Position numbers and translations under genes: made by a program. A stretch of 64,000 nt of DNA from an uncultured Actinomycetes bacterium. GTDB lineage: Bacteria > Actinomycetota > Thermoleophilia > UBA2241. Each line of letters begins with the position of its first letter. The stretch's first letter is position 1. Under the pieces are notes generated by a model. The model was not told where the DNA came from and made no database searches. It worked only from the letters and a program-made list of their open reading frames with translations. Location: NCBI GenBank assembly GCA_963725665.1, contig CAVRZA010000006.1, forward strand, positions 32,001-96,000. The letters are read 5' to 3'. Shown one piece after another: positions 20,912-31,746 of this stretch.

Positions 20912-21740
20912 TCACCGTTCGCCGCCGCTCAGTACCGACTGGATCTCGTCACGCGTGCGCAGCAGCGCCGCGGCGACCTCGCGTTCTCTCGCCTCGAAGC
21001 GCGCCGCCGGCAAGACCACTCCGACGGCCGCCAGTGATCCCAGGGCGTCGTGGACCACCGTCGCGACCGCCGCGATCCCCACGGTGTGCTCCTCGCGGTC
21101 GTAGGCCACGCCCGTGGCACGGACTAGATCGAGCTCCTCGTGCAGCACGCGGCGGTCAGTGATCGTCGCCGGAGTGTGCTTCGGCAGGCCGGACGGGACG
21201 AGGGCGTCGACCTCGTCGTCGCCCATGGCTGCAAGCAGGGCCTTGCCGTTCGCCGTGCAGTAGACGGGAAAGCGACCGCCGATCTCAGACACGATACGCA
21301 GCACGTTCTGCGAGGTGTACTGGTCGATGAAGAGCACATCCTCGCCGTCGAGCACCCCGAGGTCGACCGTCTCATGCACCTCGTGCGAGAGCCGCTCCAG
21401 GTAGGGCGCCGCCTCGTGACGGAGCTCTCTCCGGCTGGCTACGGCGATGTGGATGAGAGCCGGGCCGATGCGCAGCTTGCCCGACGGCGACGCGAGCACG
21501 AAGCCCTCGTGACTCAGGGCCCGCACGATGCGGTGCGCGGTCGAGCGCGGCAGCTCGACGCGCGCCGCGAGCTCGGCAAGGGAGAGACCGCGCGGCGAGG
21601 CCGCGAGCTGGCGCAGCACCTCCGACGCGCGGGCGATGACCTGCACACCCTCGCGGCGCCGGCCCGCGGCGTTGGGCGAAGCCGTCATCCGCAGTTGCGC
21701 CACGTCCCCTGACTCCCTCGTGGATCCCTCGCCGGACATC
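20912..21740 (-). CDS. IclR-family regulator (start uncertain)
   Basis: VQVIARASEVL, LPRSTAHRI HTH, YCTANGKALL, DREEH. Confidence 0.88.
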
Positions 21741-21883
21741 CCCGCGAATACTGCATTGCGGAACTGCCCATCCGTGATGCAGGACATCATTGCAGCACAC
21801 GAGGCGCGAATCAAGTACGAGTCCGACGCTCGTCGTCGAGCCTGAACGCCGCTCGCCGAGGCACGCGCGGTGCGTGCCGAACG

Positions 21884-22648
21884 CTAGATCCGCGCCGTCA
21901 GACCACCGTCGACGAAGAGGATCTGGCCGGTGACGAAGGCGGACGCCGGCGACGCCAGAAAGAGCACCGGCCCGACGACGTCGCCGGCGTCCGCCCACCG
22001 CCCCATCGGGATGCTCGCGCGCAAGGTGGCGGCGAACTTCTCGTCGGCGAGCACGGCACGCGTGAGGTCGGTCTCGACGAACGTCGGCGCGACGGCGTTG
22101 ACGCGCACACCGAACTCGGCCCACTGCGCCGCCAGCGAGCGAGTCAGCGAATCGACCGCGCCCTTGCTGGCCGAGTACTCGGTCTGTCCGAACGCGGCCC
22201 CGAAACGGCCGCGCACCGATGACAGATTGACGATCGCGCCGGAGCGCTGGCGGATCATCTGCTCCCCGAAGACGCGGCAGCAGACGAAGGTGCCGGTCGC
22301 GTTCACGTCGAGGATGCGCCGCCACTCTTCGACGGTCACGTGCTCGGCGCGCTTGCGCACAGTGACGCCGGCGGCGTTGACGAGGATATCGACACGCGCG
22401 AACGCGGCGAGACGACCTGCGCGCAGGCCGCCCGCACCGAGGCCTCGTCCGTGATCTCGATGGCCAAGCCCAGCGCCTGGACGCCGAGCTGGCGCGCCGC
22501 GTCGGCGGCCTCGAGCGGCGCGATCGCCGTCGAGGTCGGCCACGGCGACGTCGGCGCCGTGGCCGGCTAGGCCCGCGGCGATCGCCCGGCCAAGGCCGCC
22601 CGCTCCGACGACGACGGCTCGCCGGCCGGCAATGTCGAACACGCTCAT
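21884..22648 (-). CDS. Short-chain dehydrogenase/reductase, with compensating indels mid-gene
   Basis: VGAGGLG, VNAAG, SSVRG, YSASKG, VNAVAPT, DGG. Confidence 0.85.
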   Translation of the reverse strand: MSVFDIAGRRAVVVGAGGLGRAIAAGLAGHGADVAVADLDGDRAARGRRRGAPARRPGAGLGHRDHGRGLGAGGLRAGRLAAFARVDILVNAAGVTVRKRAEHVTVEEWRRILDVNATGTFVCCRVFGEQMIRQRSGAIVNLSSVRGRFGAAFGQTEYSASKGAVDSLTRSLAAQWAEFGVRVNAVAPTFVETDLTRAVLADEKFAATLRASIPMGRWADAGDVVGPVLFLASPASAFVTGQILFVDGGLTARI

Positions 22649-22684
22649 GCGCCCTCCTCAGCACCCGCCCGCCGTGACTCGTCC

Positions 22685-24880
22685 CTAGTCGCCGTCGCCG
22701 GAGAGACCGGTGGCGTGCCGCCGGCGGTAGTCTGCGTACCAGGCCATGCGGTCGAGCGCGAACAGAGCGGACCGCGGCGACGGAAGCACGATCGGATCGT
22801 AGGGGCCGTCGCACGGGAAGAGCGCCTGGCGGATCGGCGAGTCGTAGACGTTGATGATGGGCTTGCCGGTGGCCTCCATGAGTCCCGCGACGTAGGTGAG
22901 GAACCCGCTCTCCCAGGTGCTGAAGCCGTCGTACTCGCCGCTCGCGCTTGCGGGCCGCACGTCGTCGCCGGTGTTGGGCACGCCGAGCACCGAGAGCACC
23001 GCTATCGCGTCGAAGGCGTCGTTCTCAGCCACCGCGGAGAGCACCCGGCTCCCCACGTCACCGCCGGCCGACGCTACCATGTCGAGCGGGTTGTGGCGGC
23101 TCCAGAACGGCGGCAGCAGCCCGTCGAGCTCCTCGACGAGCGCCGGCGGCAGATCGGGCAAGACCAGGCCGCGGCGCGCGGCCTCGTCGGCCGCGAGCAC
23201 GCCGGCGCCGCCGCCGTTGGTCACGATCGCCACGCGGCGGCCGCGCGGCAGCGGCAGATGCGCCAGCGCGAGAGCCAGGTCCAGCGCCTCGTCGGTGGCC
23301 GTACAGGTGACCACGCCGGCCTGCCGGGCCGCCGCCTCGTAGACGGCCGCGGAGCCCGCCATGGCGCCGGTGTGCGAGGCGGCGGCCCTGCCGCCGACCT
23401 CGGTGAGACCGCCACGCACCGCTACGACCGGTTTGACGGCCGCGGTCCGCCTCGTGACATCCAGGAAGCGGCGCCCGTCGTCGATGCCTTCCACGTACAT
23501 CAGAACGCACTCGGTGCGCTCGTCGGTGCGCAGGTAGTCGAGCACGTCGATGACGCTCACCTGAGCCTCGTTGCCGACGCTGAGGAACTTGTCGATGCCG
23601 ATGGCGCGCCGCTCGGACGCCTTGACGATCTGCACGCCCAGGTTACCCGACTGCGAGACCAGGCTCAGCGGGCCCTGCTGCGGGTGCAGCGTGATGAAGC
23701 CGGTGCCGTGCAGCCGCGTCTCGTTCGAGATCACGCCCATGCAGTTGGGGCCGATCACCGTGATCCCCAGCTCGGCAGCCGCATCCGCCATCTCCCGCTC
23801 CGCCTGCCGGCCCTCATCGCCGGTCTCCGAGAACCCGGCGGCCACGGCCACCACGGCCGGCACGCCGCGTCGCGCGCACTGCTCGAGGACGGACGTGACC
23901 CGCTCGCCGCTGACGGCGAGAAGTGCCAGATCGGGCGCTTCGGGCAGCTCCTCGACGCTCGTGTACACCGGCAGGCCGAAGTACGTGCCGCCGCGCGGGT
24001 TCACCGCGTAGACCGGACCCTCGAAGCCACCGTCGAGGATGTTCTTCAGCGCCGAGCCGCCCCACTTCACGACGTCGTCGGAGGCGCCCACGACGGCGAC
24101 CGACCGGGGGGCGCACACGGCCCGCAGGTCGGGCTGGAAGCCCCGGCCCGGCGCGGGCGCGGTAGCGGCCGACGCGCCGCCCGAGAGGACCACCAGCGCG
24201 TCGGCCGCCACCGGATGATCACCGGCGATGATGAGCGGGTTGAGGTCGATCTCGGTGACCTGTGGATAGTCCGCGGCGATACGAGCGACCGCCAGCACGA
24301 CGCCGGCCAGCTTCGCGCGGTCGACGGCCGGCTGGCCGCGAAACGCTCCCAGGAGGCGCTTCGAGCGGATTAGCTCGAAGAGCTCGTCGACATCGCGCTC
24401 GTCGAGAGGGGGGATCGCGAGCGCGATGTCGCCGAGCACCTCAGTCATGACGCCGCCCAGACCGAAGGCCACCACAGGACCGAAGGCGGCGTCGCGCTTC
24501 ATGCCTACCATGAGCTCGCGGCCGCCGGTCACCATCTCCTCGACGAGCACCGCATCGAGCGCGTCGCCGGCCCGCTCCGCGAGATCGCCGTAGGCGACGA
24601 CCACCTCTTCCGGCCCGCGACGGTCGAGAAGCACCAGCCCCGCCTCGGTCTTGTGGTGGATGCCCTCGCCCACGGCCTTGAGCGCCACCGCGCCGTCGAC
24701 CGACGCGGCAAGTGCGACCGCCTCGGCCTCCGAGCGCGCAAGGCCGCCCTCAGGCACCGGGACACCATAGGCGGCCAGCAGGCGTTTCGCCTCGTGCTCA
24801 TCAAGCGCGGAGCGCCCCGCCACGAGCGCCGCCTCAACGATGGCGGATGCTTCCGCGGGCTGCCGTCTCGCTGTCTGCAT
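22685..24880 (-). CDS. ADP-forming acetate/acyl-CoA ligase (ATP-grasp first, then CoA-binding domains)
   Basis: EHEAKRLLAAYG, HKTEAG, EIDLNPL, VAVVGAS, GPNCMG, SQSG, AASHTGAMAG phospho-His, NPLD. Confidence 0.9.
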   Translation of the reverse strand: MQTARRQPAEASAIVEAALVAGRSALDEHEAKRLLAAYGVPVPEGGLARSEAEAVALAASVDGAVALKAVGEGIHHKTEAGLVLLDRRGPEEVVVAYGDLAERAGDALDAVLVEEMVTGGRELMVGMKRDAAFGPVVAFGLGGVMTEVLGDIALAIPPLDERDVDELFELIRSKRLLGAFRGQPAVDRAKLAGVVLAVARIAADYPQVTEIDLNPLIIAGDHPVAADALVVLSGGASAATAPAPGRGFQPDLRAVCAPRSVAVVGASDDVVKWGGSALKNILDGGFEGPVYAVNPRGGTYFGLPVYTSVEELPEAPDLALLAVSGERVTSVLEQCARRGVPAVVAVAAGFSETGDEGRQAEREMADAAAELGITVIGPNCMGVISNETRLHGTGFITLHPQQGPLSLVSQSGNLGVQIVKASERRAIGIDKFLSVGNEAQVSVIDVLDYLRTDERTECVLMYVEGIDDGRRFLDVTRRTAAVKPVVAVRGGLTEVGGRAAASHTGAMAGSAAVYEAAARQAGVVTCTATDEALDLALALAHLPLPRGRRVAIVTNGGGAGVLAADEAARRGLVLPDLPPALVEELDGLLPPFWSRHNPLDMVASAGGDVGSRVLSAVAENDAFDAIAVLSVLGVPNTGDDVRPASASGEYDGFSTWESGFLTYVAGLMEATGKPIINVYDSPIRQALFPCDGPYDPIVLPSPRSALFALDRMAWYADYRRRHATGLSGDGD

Positions 24881-24954
24881 GGTCGCTCCCTCGCGGTGCC
24901 TGGATCGCTCCCTCGCGGCTTGCGTATCGACCCAACGCGGTCCCCTTGGGCCAA

Positions 24955-24993
24955 TTGACTATATGGTAACCAAATTGCTATTTTACGGTCAAC
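24955..24993. promoter_or_regulatory. Overlapping divergent promoters with a putative GntR/FadR operator
   Basis: AT-rich island. Near-palindrome ATATGGT-A-ACCAAAT at 24961-24975; TTGACT...TATTTT on +, TTGACC...TACCAT on -. Confidence 0.5.
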
Positions 24994-25118
24994 ACGCACT
25001 CGTGCGTGCGCGGGAGAGAGCCGGTTGAGCAGGTGAGCGCAGTGCAGGCAGGCGAGGGCCCGGCGGACAAAGCAGCGTCGTGCGAGCAGGTGAAAGCGGT
25101 GCCGACAGGGGAGCGCAG

Positions 25119-25853
25119 GTGACGGACGAGGACATCCACGGCACGCCGCCGGCGCCCGACACCGCCAGCGAGAGCGCGGCGCGGTACGTGCGCTCGCTCA
25201 TCTTCTGGGGCGAGCTCGGTCCCGGCGACAAGCTGCCCCCGGCGACAGAGTTGGCGACCCGTCTGGGCATCTCGCGCGTGACGCTGCGCCTGGCTCTCAA
25301 GTCGCTGCAGAGCACGGGCTACATCGTCACCACGCGCGGCGCTCATGGGGGGTCGCGGGTGAGCGACGCGGCCGCCCTACAGCGGTGCTGGAGCCAGTGG
25401 ATGGCGGTCCACAACGGCGAGCTCGACGACATCTTCGAGTTCCGCACCACGATCGAGAGCCGGCTGGCCGCGCTGGCGGCGCAGCGGCGTACTGCCAAGG
25501 AGATGACCACTGTCGCGCGCGCGCTCGCGCGCGAGCGCGGGGAGCACAGGCGCTCGTCGCTGTTCCGAGCCGACGCCGACATCCACCGCAGCATCGCCAG
25601 GGCGGCCCACAGCCCTCGTCTCGCCGCAGCCATGAACGCCGTGCGCGCCCAGCTCTTCCTGCCGGTTGACCAGGAGCTCTTCGAGGAGAGCGAGGCCGGC
25701 GTCTACGCCTCGCACGCGGCCATCGTGGCCGCCATCCGCGACCGCGACCCAGAGCGCGCCGCTCGGGCGGCCAGAGAGCACACCGAGAGGGTGCGCGGGC
25801 TCATCGACCGGGCGCTGGAGGCCGCACAGGTCCGCGAGCGAGCGCTGATGTGA
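25119..25853 (+). CDS. GntR/FadR-family regulator with FCD domain
   Basis: LGPGDKLP, LGISRVTLRLAL, RGAHGG, DADIHRSIA. Start uncertain (25080 or 25119). Confidence 0.88.
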   Translation: MTDEDIHGTPPAPDTASESAARYVRSLIFWGELGPGDKLPPATELATRLGISRVTLRLALKSLQSTGYIVTTRGAHGGSRVSDAAALQRCWSQWMAVHNGELDDIFEFRTTIESRLAALAAQRRTAKEMTTVARALARERGEHRRSSLFRADADIHRSIARAAHSPRLAAAMNAVRAQLFLPVDQELFEESEAGVYASHAAIVAAIRDRDPERAARAAREHTERVRGLIDRALEAAQVRERALM

Positions 25854-25878
25854 GGTCGTCCATGCCACAAGGAGGCGG

Positions 25879-27232
25879 ATGGTCGTCACGGCGCTCAACG
25901 GACGCAGGGCTCGTGAACGCCACTCCGACGCACATCAACATCACCATCAGCTTCTATCGCGGTTGGCTGGTCACGTTTGCGGCCGCCACGATGGGCCTGT
26001 TCCTCGGCATCCTGTACGTCTGGAGCGTGGTCAAGGCCGGCATCCCCGCATCCTGGGGCTGGAGCAACGCCGACATGGCGCTACCGTATTCGGTGATGTG
26101 CGTCCTGTTCGCGGCCACCATGATCCCGGCGGGCCGGCTGCAGGACCACTACGGACCGCGCATCGCCATCCTGCTGGGCGGGTTTCTGGTCGGCCTGGGA
26201 TGCATCGTGTGCGGGGCGGGAGGCTCGTCGCTGGCCGCCTACGTGGTCGGCTTCGGGGTCCTGCACGGCAGCGGGGTGGGCTTCGGGTACTCGGCCATGA
26301 CGCCCGCGTCGGTGAAGTGGTTCGCACCCCGGCGCACCGGCCTGATCGCGGGCATCGTGGTTGCCGGGTTCGGTCTAGCGCCGGTCGTCCTCGCACCACT
26401 GGTCACCTGGCTTCTGACGGCCTTTCAAACAACGACCGCGTCGGGGGCGGTCGAGAAGGGGGTCTCCGCCACCATGATCACCCTGGGCATCGTCGCCTGG
26501 CTGGTGGTCGGCGGCCTGACCCTGCTGGTCCGCAACCCTCCCGAAGGGCACCTGGTGCAACCACCCCAGGAGTTGCGGCAGGCCTTCGAGCACTCGGCCG
26601 GCAGTGAGTTCACCTGGCGCGCCATGCTGCGCACGACGCAGTTCTGGCTGCTGTTCGTCATGTTCTTCTGCGGGGCCGCCGCTGGGCTCATGTTCATCAG
26701 CGTGGCCTCCGACCTGGGCAAGCGGGCGCTTGGATCGTGGGCGTTCCTGGCCGTGATGGTCCTTGCGTTCGGCAACAGCAGCGGGCGCATCCTGGCGGGT
26801 GTAGTCTCGGACAGGATCGGACGCCAATGGACCCTGTTCGTCGAGTTCGTCTGCCAGGGCCTGGTGGTCGCCGTCCTCTACCGGCTCAGCGGCGGCGGCG
26901 TGTGGCCGGTCATCCTGACCGTCGTGTTCCTGCTGGGGTTCAACTACGGCGCCAACCTGGCGGTGTTCCCGGCCGCCTGCAAGGACTACTTCGGCCTGCG
27001 GAGCTTCGGGCTCAACTACGGCTGGCTGTTCGCCGCTTTCGGCCTGGCGGGGCTGACCATGCCTTGGGTCAACGGCCTGATCAGGGACGCGACCGGATCG
27101 TCCGACTTGTCGTACGCGATCATCATCGGGCTGATGGTGGTGGCAGCCGTCCTGGCTCAGGTCAGCCGGCTCCTGGGACCGCCGAACGCGAGACCGAAAT
27201 CCGCCGTGTCCGTGGGCGAAGGAGAAGAGTAG
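25879..27232 (+). CDS. OFA-family MFS transporter (oxalate/formate or monocarboxylate antiporter-like); probable N-terminal indel
   Basis: GILYVWSV, GRLQDHYGPR, KWFAPRRTGL, DYFGLRSFGLNYG. SD AAGGAGG precedes ATG 25879 in another frame. Confidence 0.85.
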
Positions 27233-28045
27233 ATGGCCATTGTCACGATCTCGAGAGGCACCTACACGGGCGGCATCGCGGTGGCCGAGGGGCTTGCGGT
27301 AGCACTGGGGCACCCTTGCGTGAGCCGCGAAGTCGTCATAGACGCCGCGCGGGACTCCGGCGTCCCCGAAGCCGAGCTGCAGTCCACGCTCGAGGAGCCG
27401 CCGCACTTCTGGGAGAAGACACCGGGAAAGACCGCGGCGTCCCTGAACCTCGTGAGAGCGGCACTGCTCAAGCGGGCCCGTGACGGTGACCTCGTCTACC
27501 ACGGCTACGCCGGGCACCTGCTGCTGAGCGGCATCGCACACGTGTTGCGCGTTCGGGTCATCGCCGATCAAGAGTCTCGCATCAGAGCGGCGATGGAGGA
27601 CAAGGGCATGGACTATCGAGCGGCGGCCGATTTCGTCAAGAAGCTCGACAACCAGCTCATCAAGTGGACCAGGTTCCTCTACGGCGTCGAGTGGCAGGAC
27701 CCCTCGGTCTACGATGTAGTCCTGAACCTGGAGCACATGAGCGTCGACAGCGCCGTGCAGACGATCGCGCAGATCACCCGGCTGGACGACTTCAGACCGA
27801 CGGCGGACTCCCGCAAGGCCTTCGAGGACCTTCTCCTGAGCAGCAACGTCTGGGCGGCGCTGACCGCGGACAAGCGGACCCGCTCGGCGAACGTGCGCGT
27901 CGCGGCCGACGACGGCGTCGTCTTCATCACCGGACTGGCCGACAACGAGCGCACGCTGACGGCCGTGCAGGAGGTGGCTGCGGCCATACACAGCGTCAGA
28001 GAGGTGCAGAGCGAGGTCGGCATCGGCCGTACCTGGCAGTGGTGA
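27233..28045 (+). CDS. Cytidylate-kinase-like family protein with C-terminal BON domain
   Basis: IVTISRGTYTGG, DPSVYDVVLN, C-terminal VRVAADDGVVFITG...VREV; TAGATG coupling to the MFS gene. Confidence 0.8.
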   Translation: MAIVTISRGTYTGGIAVAEGLAVALGHPCVSREVVIDAARDSGVPEAELQSTLEEPPHFWEKTPGKTAASLNLVRAALLKRARDGDLVYHGYAGHLLLSGIAHVLRVRVIADQESRIRAAMEDKGMDYRAAADFVKKLDNQLIKWTRFLYGVEWQDPSVYDVVLNLEHMSVDSAVQTIAQITRLDDFRPTADSRKAFEDLLLSSNVWAALTADKRTRSANVRVAADDGVVFITGLADNERTLTAVQEVAAAIHSVREVQSEVGIGRTWQW

Positions 28046-28104
28046 CGAACGGGACGGGGCGGGCCCGCCGCGCACAGGCGGCGGGCCCGCCCCGTCCCGT
28101 TCGT
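28045..28104. terminator. Perfect 27-bp inverted repeat between convergent genes
   Basis: ACGAACGGGACGGGGCGGGCCCGCCGC-GCACAG-GCGGCGGGCCCGCCCCGTCCCGTTCGT. Confidence 0.8.
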
Positions 28105-28115
28105 GACCGCTGGTC

Positions 28116-28953
28116 TTACGAGGCCGTCAGGACGATCTCACCGAGGTCGACGTCGGTCTGCGTCTTGACGTCGGACCGCTGCGGCACGTAGCCGTCGTGG
28201 CTGACGGTGATGCGGTAGGCCGCGTTCCTGGCGAGGCCCTCGAACTCGAACTGGCCGAAGACATCCGACGTCGTCTCCGCACGCACGCCCTCGCCCTCGA
28301 GCACGACCTTGATGCCCGCAGCGCAGGCGTCGGCGGCGTCGTCGAGGACGACCTCGCCGGCCACGAAGCGCTTGGGGATGCCGTGGTAGCGCACCAGCGG
28401 CGAGCACCCGTACTCCGGGTGCAGCGCCTCGGTCTTCAGGGCCGCCACGCGCTGGGAGATCTCCGACTGCGGATCGTCGAGGTCGCCGAACACCATGGCG
28501 CCGGTCGGGCACGACTCGACGCACCGCGGCTGCTTCTCGCCGGCGTCGAGCCGGTGGGCGCAGAGGGTGCACTTCTGCGGGATCTCGAGCTCCGCGTTCC
28601 AGAACACGACCCGGTAGGGGCAGGCCTGCACGATCTGCCGCTGGCCCTTGGCCTTGTCCGGGTCGATGACGACGATGCCGTCCGGCCGCCGGTAGACGGC
28701 GCCGTCCGTAGCGACGTCCATGCACGGCGCGTCCTCGCAGTGCAGGCAGGGGATGGCGACGTAGTCCACCTTGGGACGCGGGTAGGCGCCGCGCTCGATC
28801 TCCTTGACCTGCATCCAGAACTGCCCGTGCAGCGGCTGCGCGGCCGAGTAGCCCGGGTAGTCGTTGTTGTCGTGCTCGTCACGGCACGCCAGGAAGCAGT
28901 TGTGGCAGCCGTTGCACCTGGTCGACATCGATCAGCATGCTCAGTCGCGTCAT
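28116..28953 (-). CDS. bthL: Pyrogallol transhydroxylase beta-like Fe-S subunit (3 clusters plus C-terminal beta-sandwich); indel near the start
   Basis: CNGCHNCFLACRDEH, ERGAYPRP, CLHCEDAPC, DPDKAKG (no Cys), CPY, KCTLCAH, RCVESCP, C-terminal SDVFGQFEFEGL...VDLG. Confidence 0.85.
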
Positions 28954-28956
28954 CGA

Positions 28957-31504
28957 TCAGCCCTCCCACTTCTCGATGTCGATCAGGCACGAGTTGGGCG
29001 TCATGCCGGGGGCGTTCTTGCTGAGCATGCGCGAAGGCGTGAGCAGGTTGACGCAGCCGCCCTTGTCGATGGAGTCGGCCTTGCCCGGGATCAGCGGATC
29101 GTACTTGGCGGACGAGGCGTAGCTGTGCATCACGCCGGGCCGCACGCGCTCGGTGACGACGGCGCAGCAGAGCACCGACGCCCGGTCGTTGTAGAGCCGG
29201 ACGATGTCGCCGTTGCGGATGCCCCGCGCCTGCGCGTCGTCGGGATGGATGCGCGCCGGCCACCAGGCGTAGCCGTCCTTCTTGATGCGGTGGACGGGGA
29301 TGTCGTCCAGCCAGTCGGTGTGCTTGTCGTAGTGGGAGTGGAAGGAGAAGCGCGGATGCGGCGAGATGAGCTGCAGCGGATACTTCTCGAAGAGCTCGGT
29401 CGAGTGATGGCCCTCCCAGCTCGGGATGTAGTGCGGGATAGACCGGCCGCTCCTCGTCGTCCGGGAAGTGCGCCTTGAGGCTCTCGCGAGACGAACTCGA
29501 TCTTGCCGCTGTAGGTGCCGAGCTCGTGGGCCTTGTCGGTGCCGCGCTTCGGGTTGCTCGGGTCCGGGGTGTCGCACGTCGCGCCCCTCGGCGAACCAGC
29601 GCATCGCCGGGGTGGGCTTGTAGTTCTCCGGGCAGCGTTGATGATGTGGTAGCCCTTCCTGTCGAACTCCTCCCAGTCGACGAACTTGGGCAGGTCGGAG
29701 ATCTCGAAGAACGAGCCTGACCCAGTCGATCTCGGTCTTGCCGCCGTCGGTGAAGTCCTCGTCGAGACCGAGCCGCTCGGAGAGGTCGGCGAAGATCTCG
29801 TAGTCCGACTTCGACTCCCACAGCGGCTCGATGCACTTCTTCTCGCGCACGATGACGCGGAAGTTGTAGCCGCGTGCTGCGCGTTCGTGGTGTACCCGCC
29901 GCAGGCGCCCCACTCGCCGATGTCGTCGCGCTCGAGGTTGGTGCAGGCCGGCAGGATGACGTCGGCGATCCGCGTCTCGCCGTCGACACCAGCAGTCCTG
30001 GTTGACGACGAATTCGAGCTTGGGGCTCTGGTACATGCGCACCCACTTGCGTGGTGTCCGTCATGGTGCCCATGAACGAGCCGCCGTAGCGGTAGAACAG
30101 CTTCACCTCCGAGCAGCCCGGCATGGGATAGATGAAGTGCGTGAACTGCTGCTCGAGCGACTGGCCGCAGAAGCCGTCGCCGTACCAGCTGACCGGCGGT
30201 TCGAGGATCGCGTCCGGGCACGGTCAGCCGATAGAGGCGCTGCTTGGTCGGGTTGTCCGGGAGGAGGTCGGCGACCAGCTTGGACAGCGCGATGCGGCCC
30301 GTCGGGATCGGCATAGGCCGGGAACCAGATGTCGTTGTCGCGCGGCGCGCCCATGGCGGTGCCCCAGATGCTGACGCCCGGGCTTGCCCAGCCCCTGCAT
30401 CGCCTGCAGCAGGACCATCAGGCGCGCCCATTCGGTGCCGTAGGCGGTGCGGCAGGCGCCGCCTTCGCCGCCGCGGGCGCCACGCCGAGAGCATGGTGCG
30501 CTTGCGCGGCCCACTCGCGCGCCAGCGCGCCGATGATGCGGGCCTGCACGCCGCACTCCTCGGCCGCCCACTCCGGGGTCTTGGGCACGCCGTCGCTCTC
30601 GCCCAGCACGTAGGCGCTTGAACTCGTCGAAGCCGACGGTGCGCTCGGCGACGTAGTCCTTGTCGTAGGTGTCCTCGGTGATCCACACATGGGCGATCGC
30701 CATGCGCCAGCGCCGCGTCGGTGCCCGGGCGCGGGGCGATCCATTGGCCGTCCGTCGCGGGCGCCGTGTAGTTGTGGAAGGGGTCGATGAAGACCATCTT
30801 GACGCCCTTCTCCTTCAGCCACTGGCGCCAGATGCGCCGACTCGTGGCCGGTGTAGATGCCGCGGGTCGTGTCCGGGTCGTTCGACCAGAAGACGATCAT
30901 CTCGGCGTGCTTGAGCGCGTCCTCGAGCATGTCGTAGGGCTCGGGCATGCCGAGCCGCCAGTAGAAGCCGTAGGTGTGGGTCGCGCCCCAGTGCCAGCCC
31001 TCCCAGCTGTCGGGGTTGTCGAGCACCGGCGTGTAGCTCGAGCAGGTTCATGAAGCGCGAGAACGCGCCCATCTTGTAGCCGACGATGCCCCAGTTGTGG
31101 TGCGAGGAGGTGAGCGCCGCTGATCGCCGACCCGCCGTAGGTGTTCTGCACGCGCTTGATCTCGCCCGCGACGATGTCGAGCGCCTCGTCCCAGGAGATG
31201 CGCTCGTAGGGCGACTTGCCGCGGTTCTGCGGGTTGCGCTCGCCGTTCGGGTCGAAGTCGACGCGCTTCAGCGGGTACTTGATGCGGTCGTCGGAATAGA
31301 GGCGCCTGCGCTCGGCGAGCACGAACGGCGCGAGGTTGAACTTCTTCGGCGGCGAGTACGTCTTGCCGTCGGCCTCGATCGTCCACGGCCTGAAGTCGGT
31401 CTCGTCGGCGACGAGCGGACGGATGCGCACGACCTTTCCGTCCTCGACGTAGACGCTGATCGGGCCCGCAGTTGGTGCAGTTGGTGAAGACCGCTCTCAG
31501 TCAT
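28957..31504 (-). CDS. athL: Pyrogallol transhydroxylase alpha-like Mo-bisPGD enzyme (copy 1), many frameshifts
   Basis: Pieces across frames: GPISVYVEDGKVVRIRP, RIKYPLKRVDFDPNGERNPQNRG, SSHHNWG, NPDSWEGWHWG, LEDALKHAEMIVFWSNDP, GGACRTAYGTEWAR, LISPHPRFSFH, GGCVNLLTPSRMLSKNAPGM. Confidence 0.9.
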
Positions 31505-31618
31505 GCTCTGACCTCCCACCGGCCATCACGGACGCGCGTAGGCTCGACCGAGCGTCGGGCTTCGACTGGTCGTGGCCTGCTGCTGGTCGATTTCGCCGCA
31601 GTCCCCTTGCGGAGGCGC

Positions 31619-31632
31619 AATATTGTGATATC
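31619..31632. promoter_or_regulatory. Putative IclR operator, site 1 (AATAT-TGTG-ATATC)
   Basis: In the divergent athL/iclR intergenic region; matches the motif at five other sites. Confidence 0.5.
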
Positions 31633-31746
31633 GTGCAGTAGCAGTGTGGATATCGTAGGTAGTCTCAGCGCAGTAATCAAGTCTTGACCGAGAAGACCGC
31701 CTCGTCCCGGCTTTGGACAGAGGACGTGTCCATGGCAAGGGGGGCC

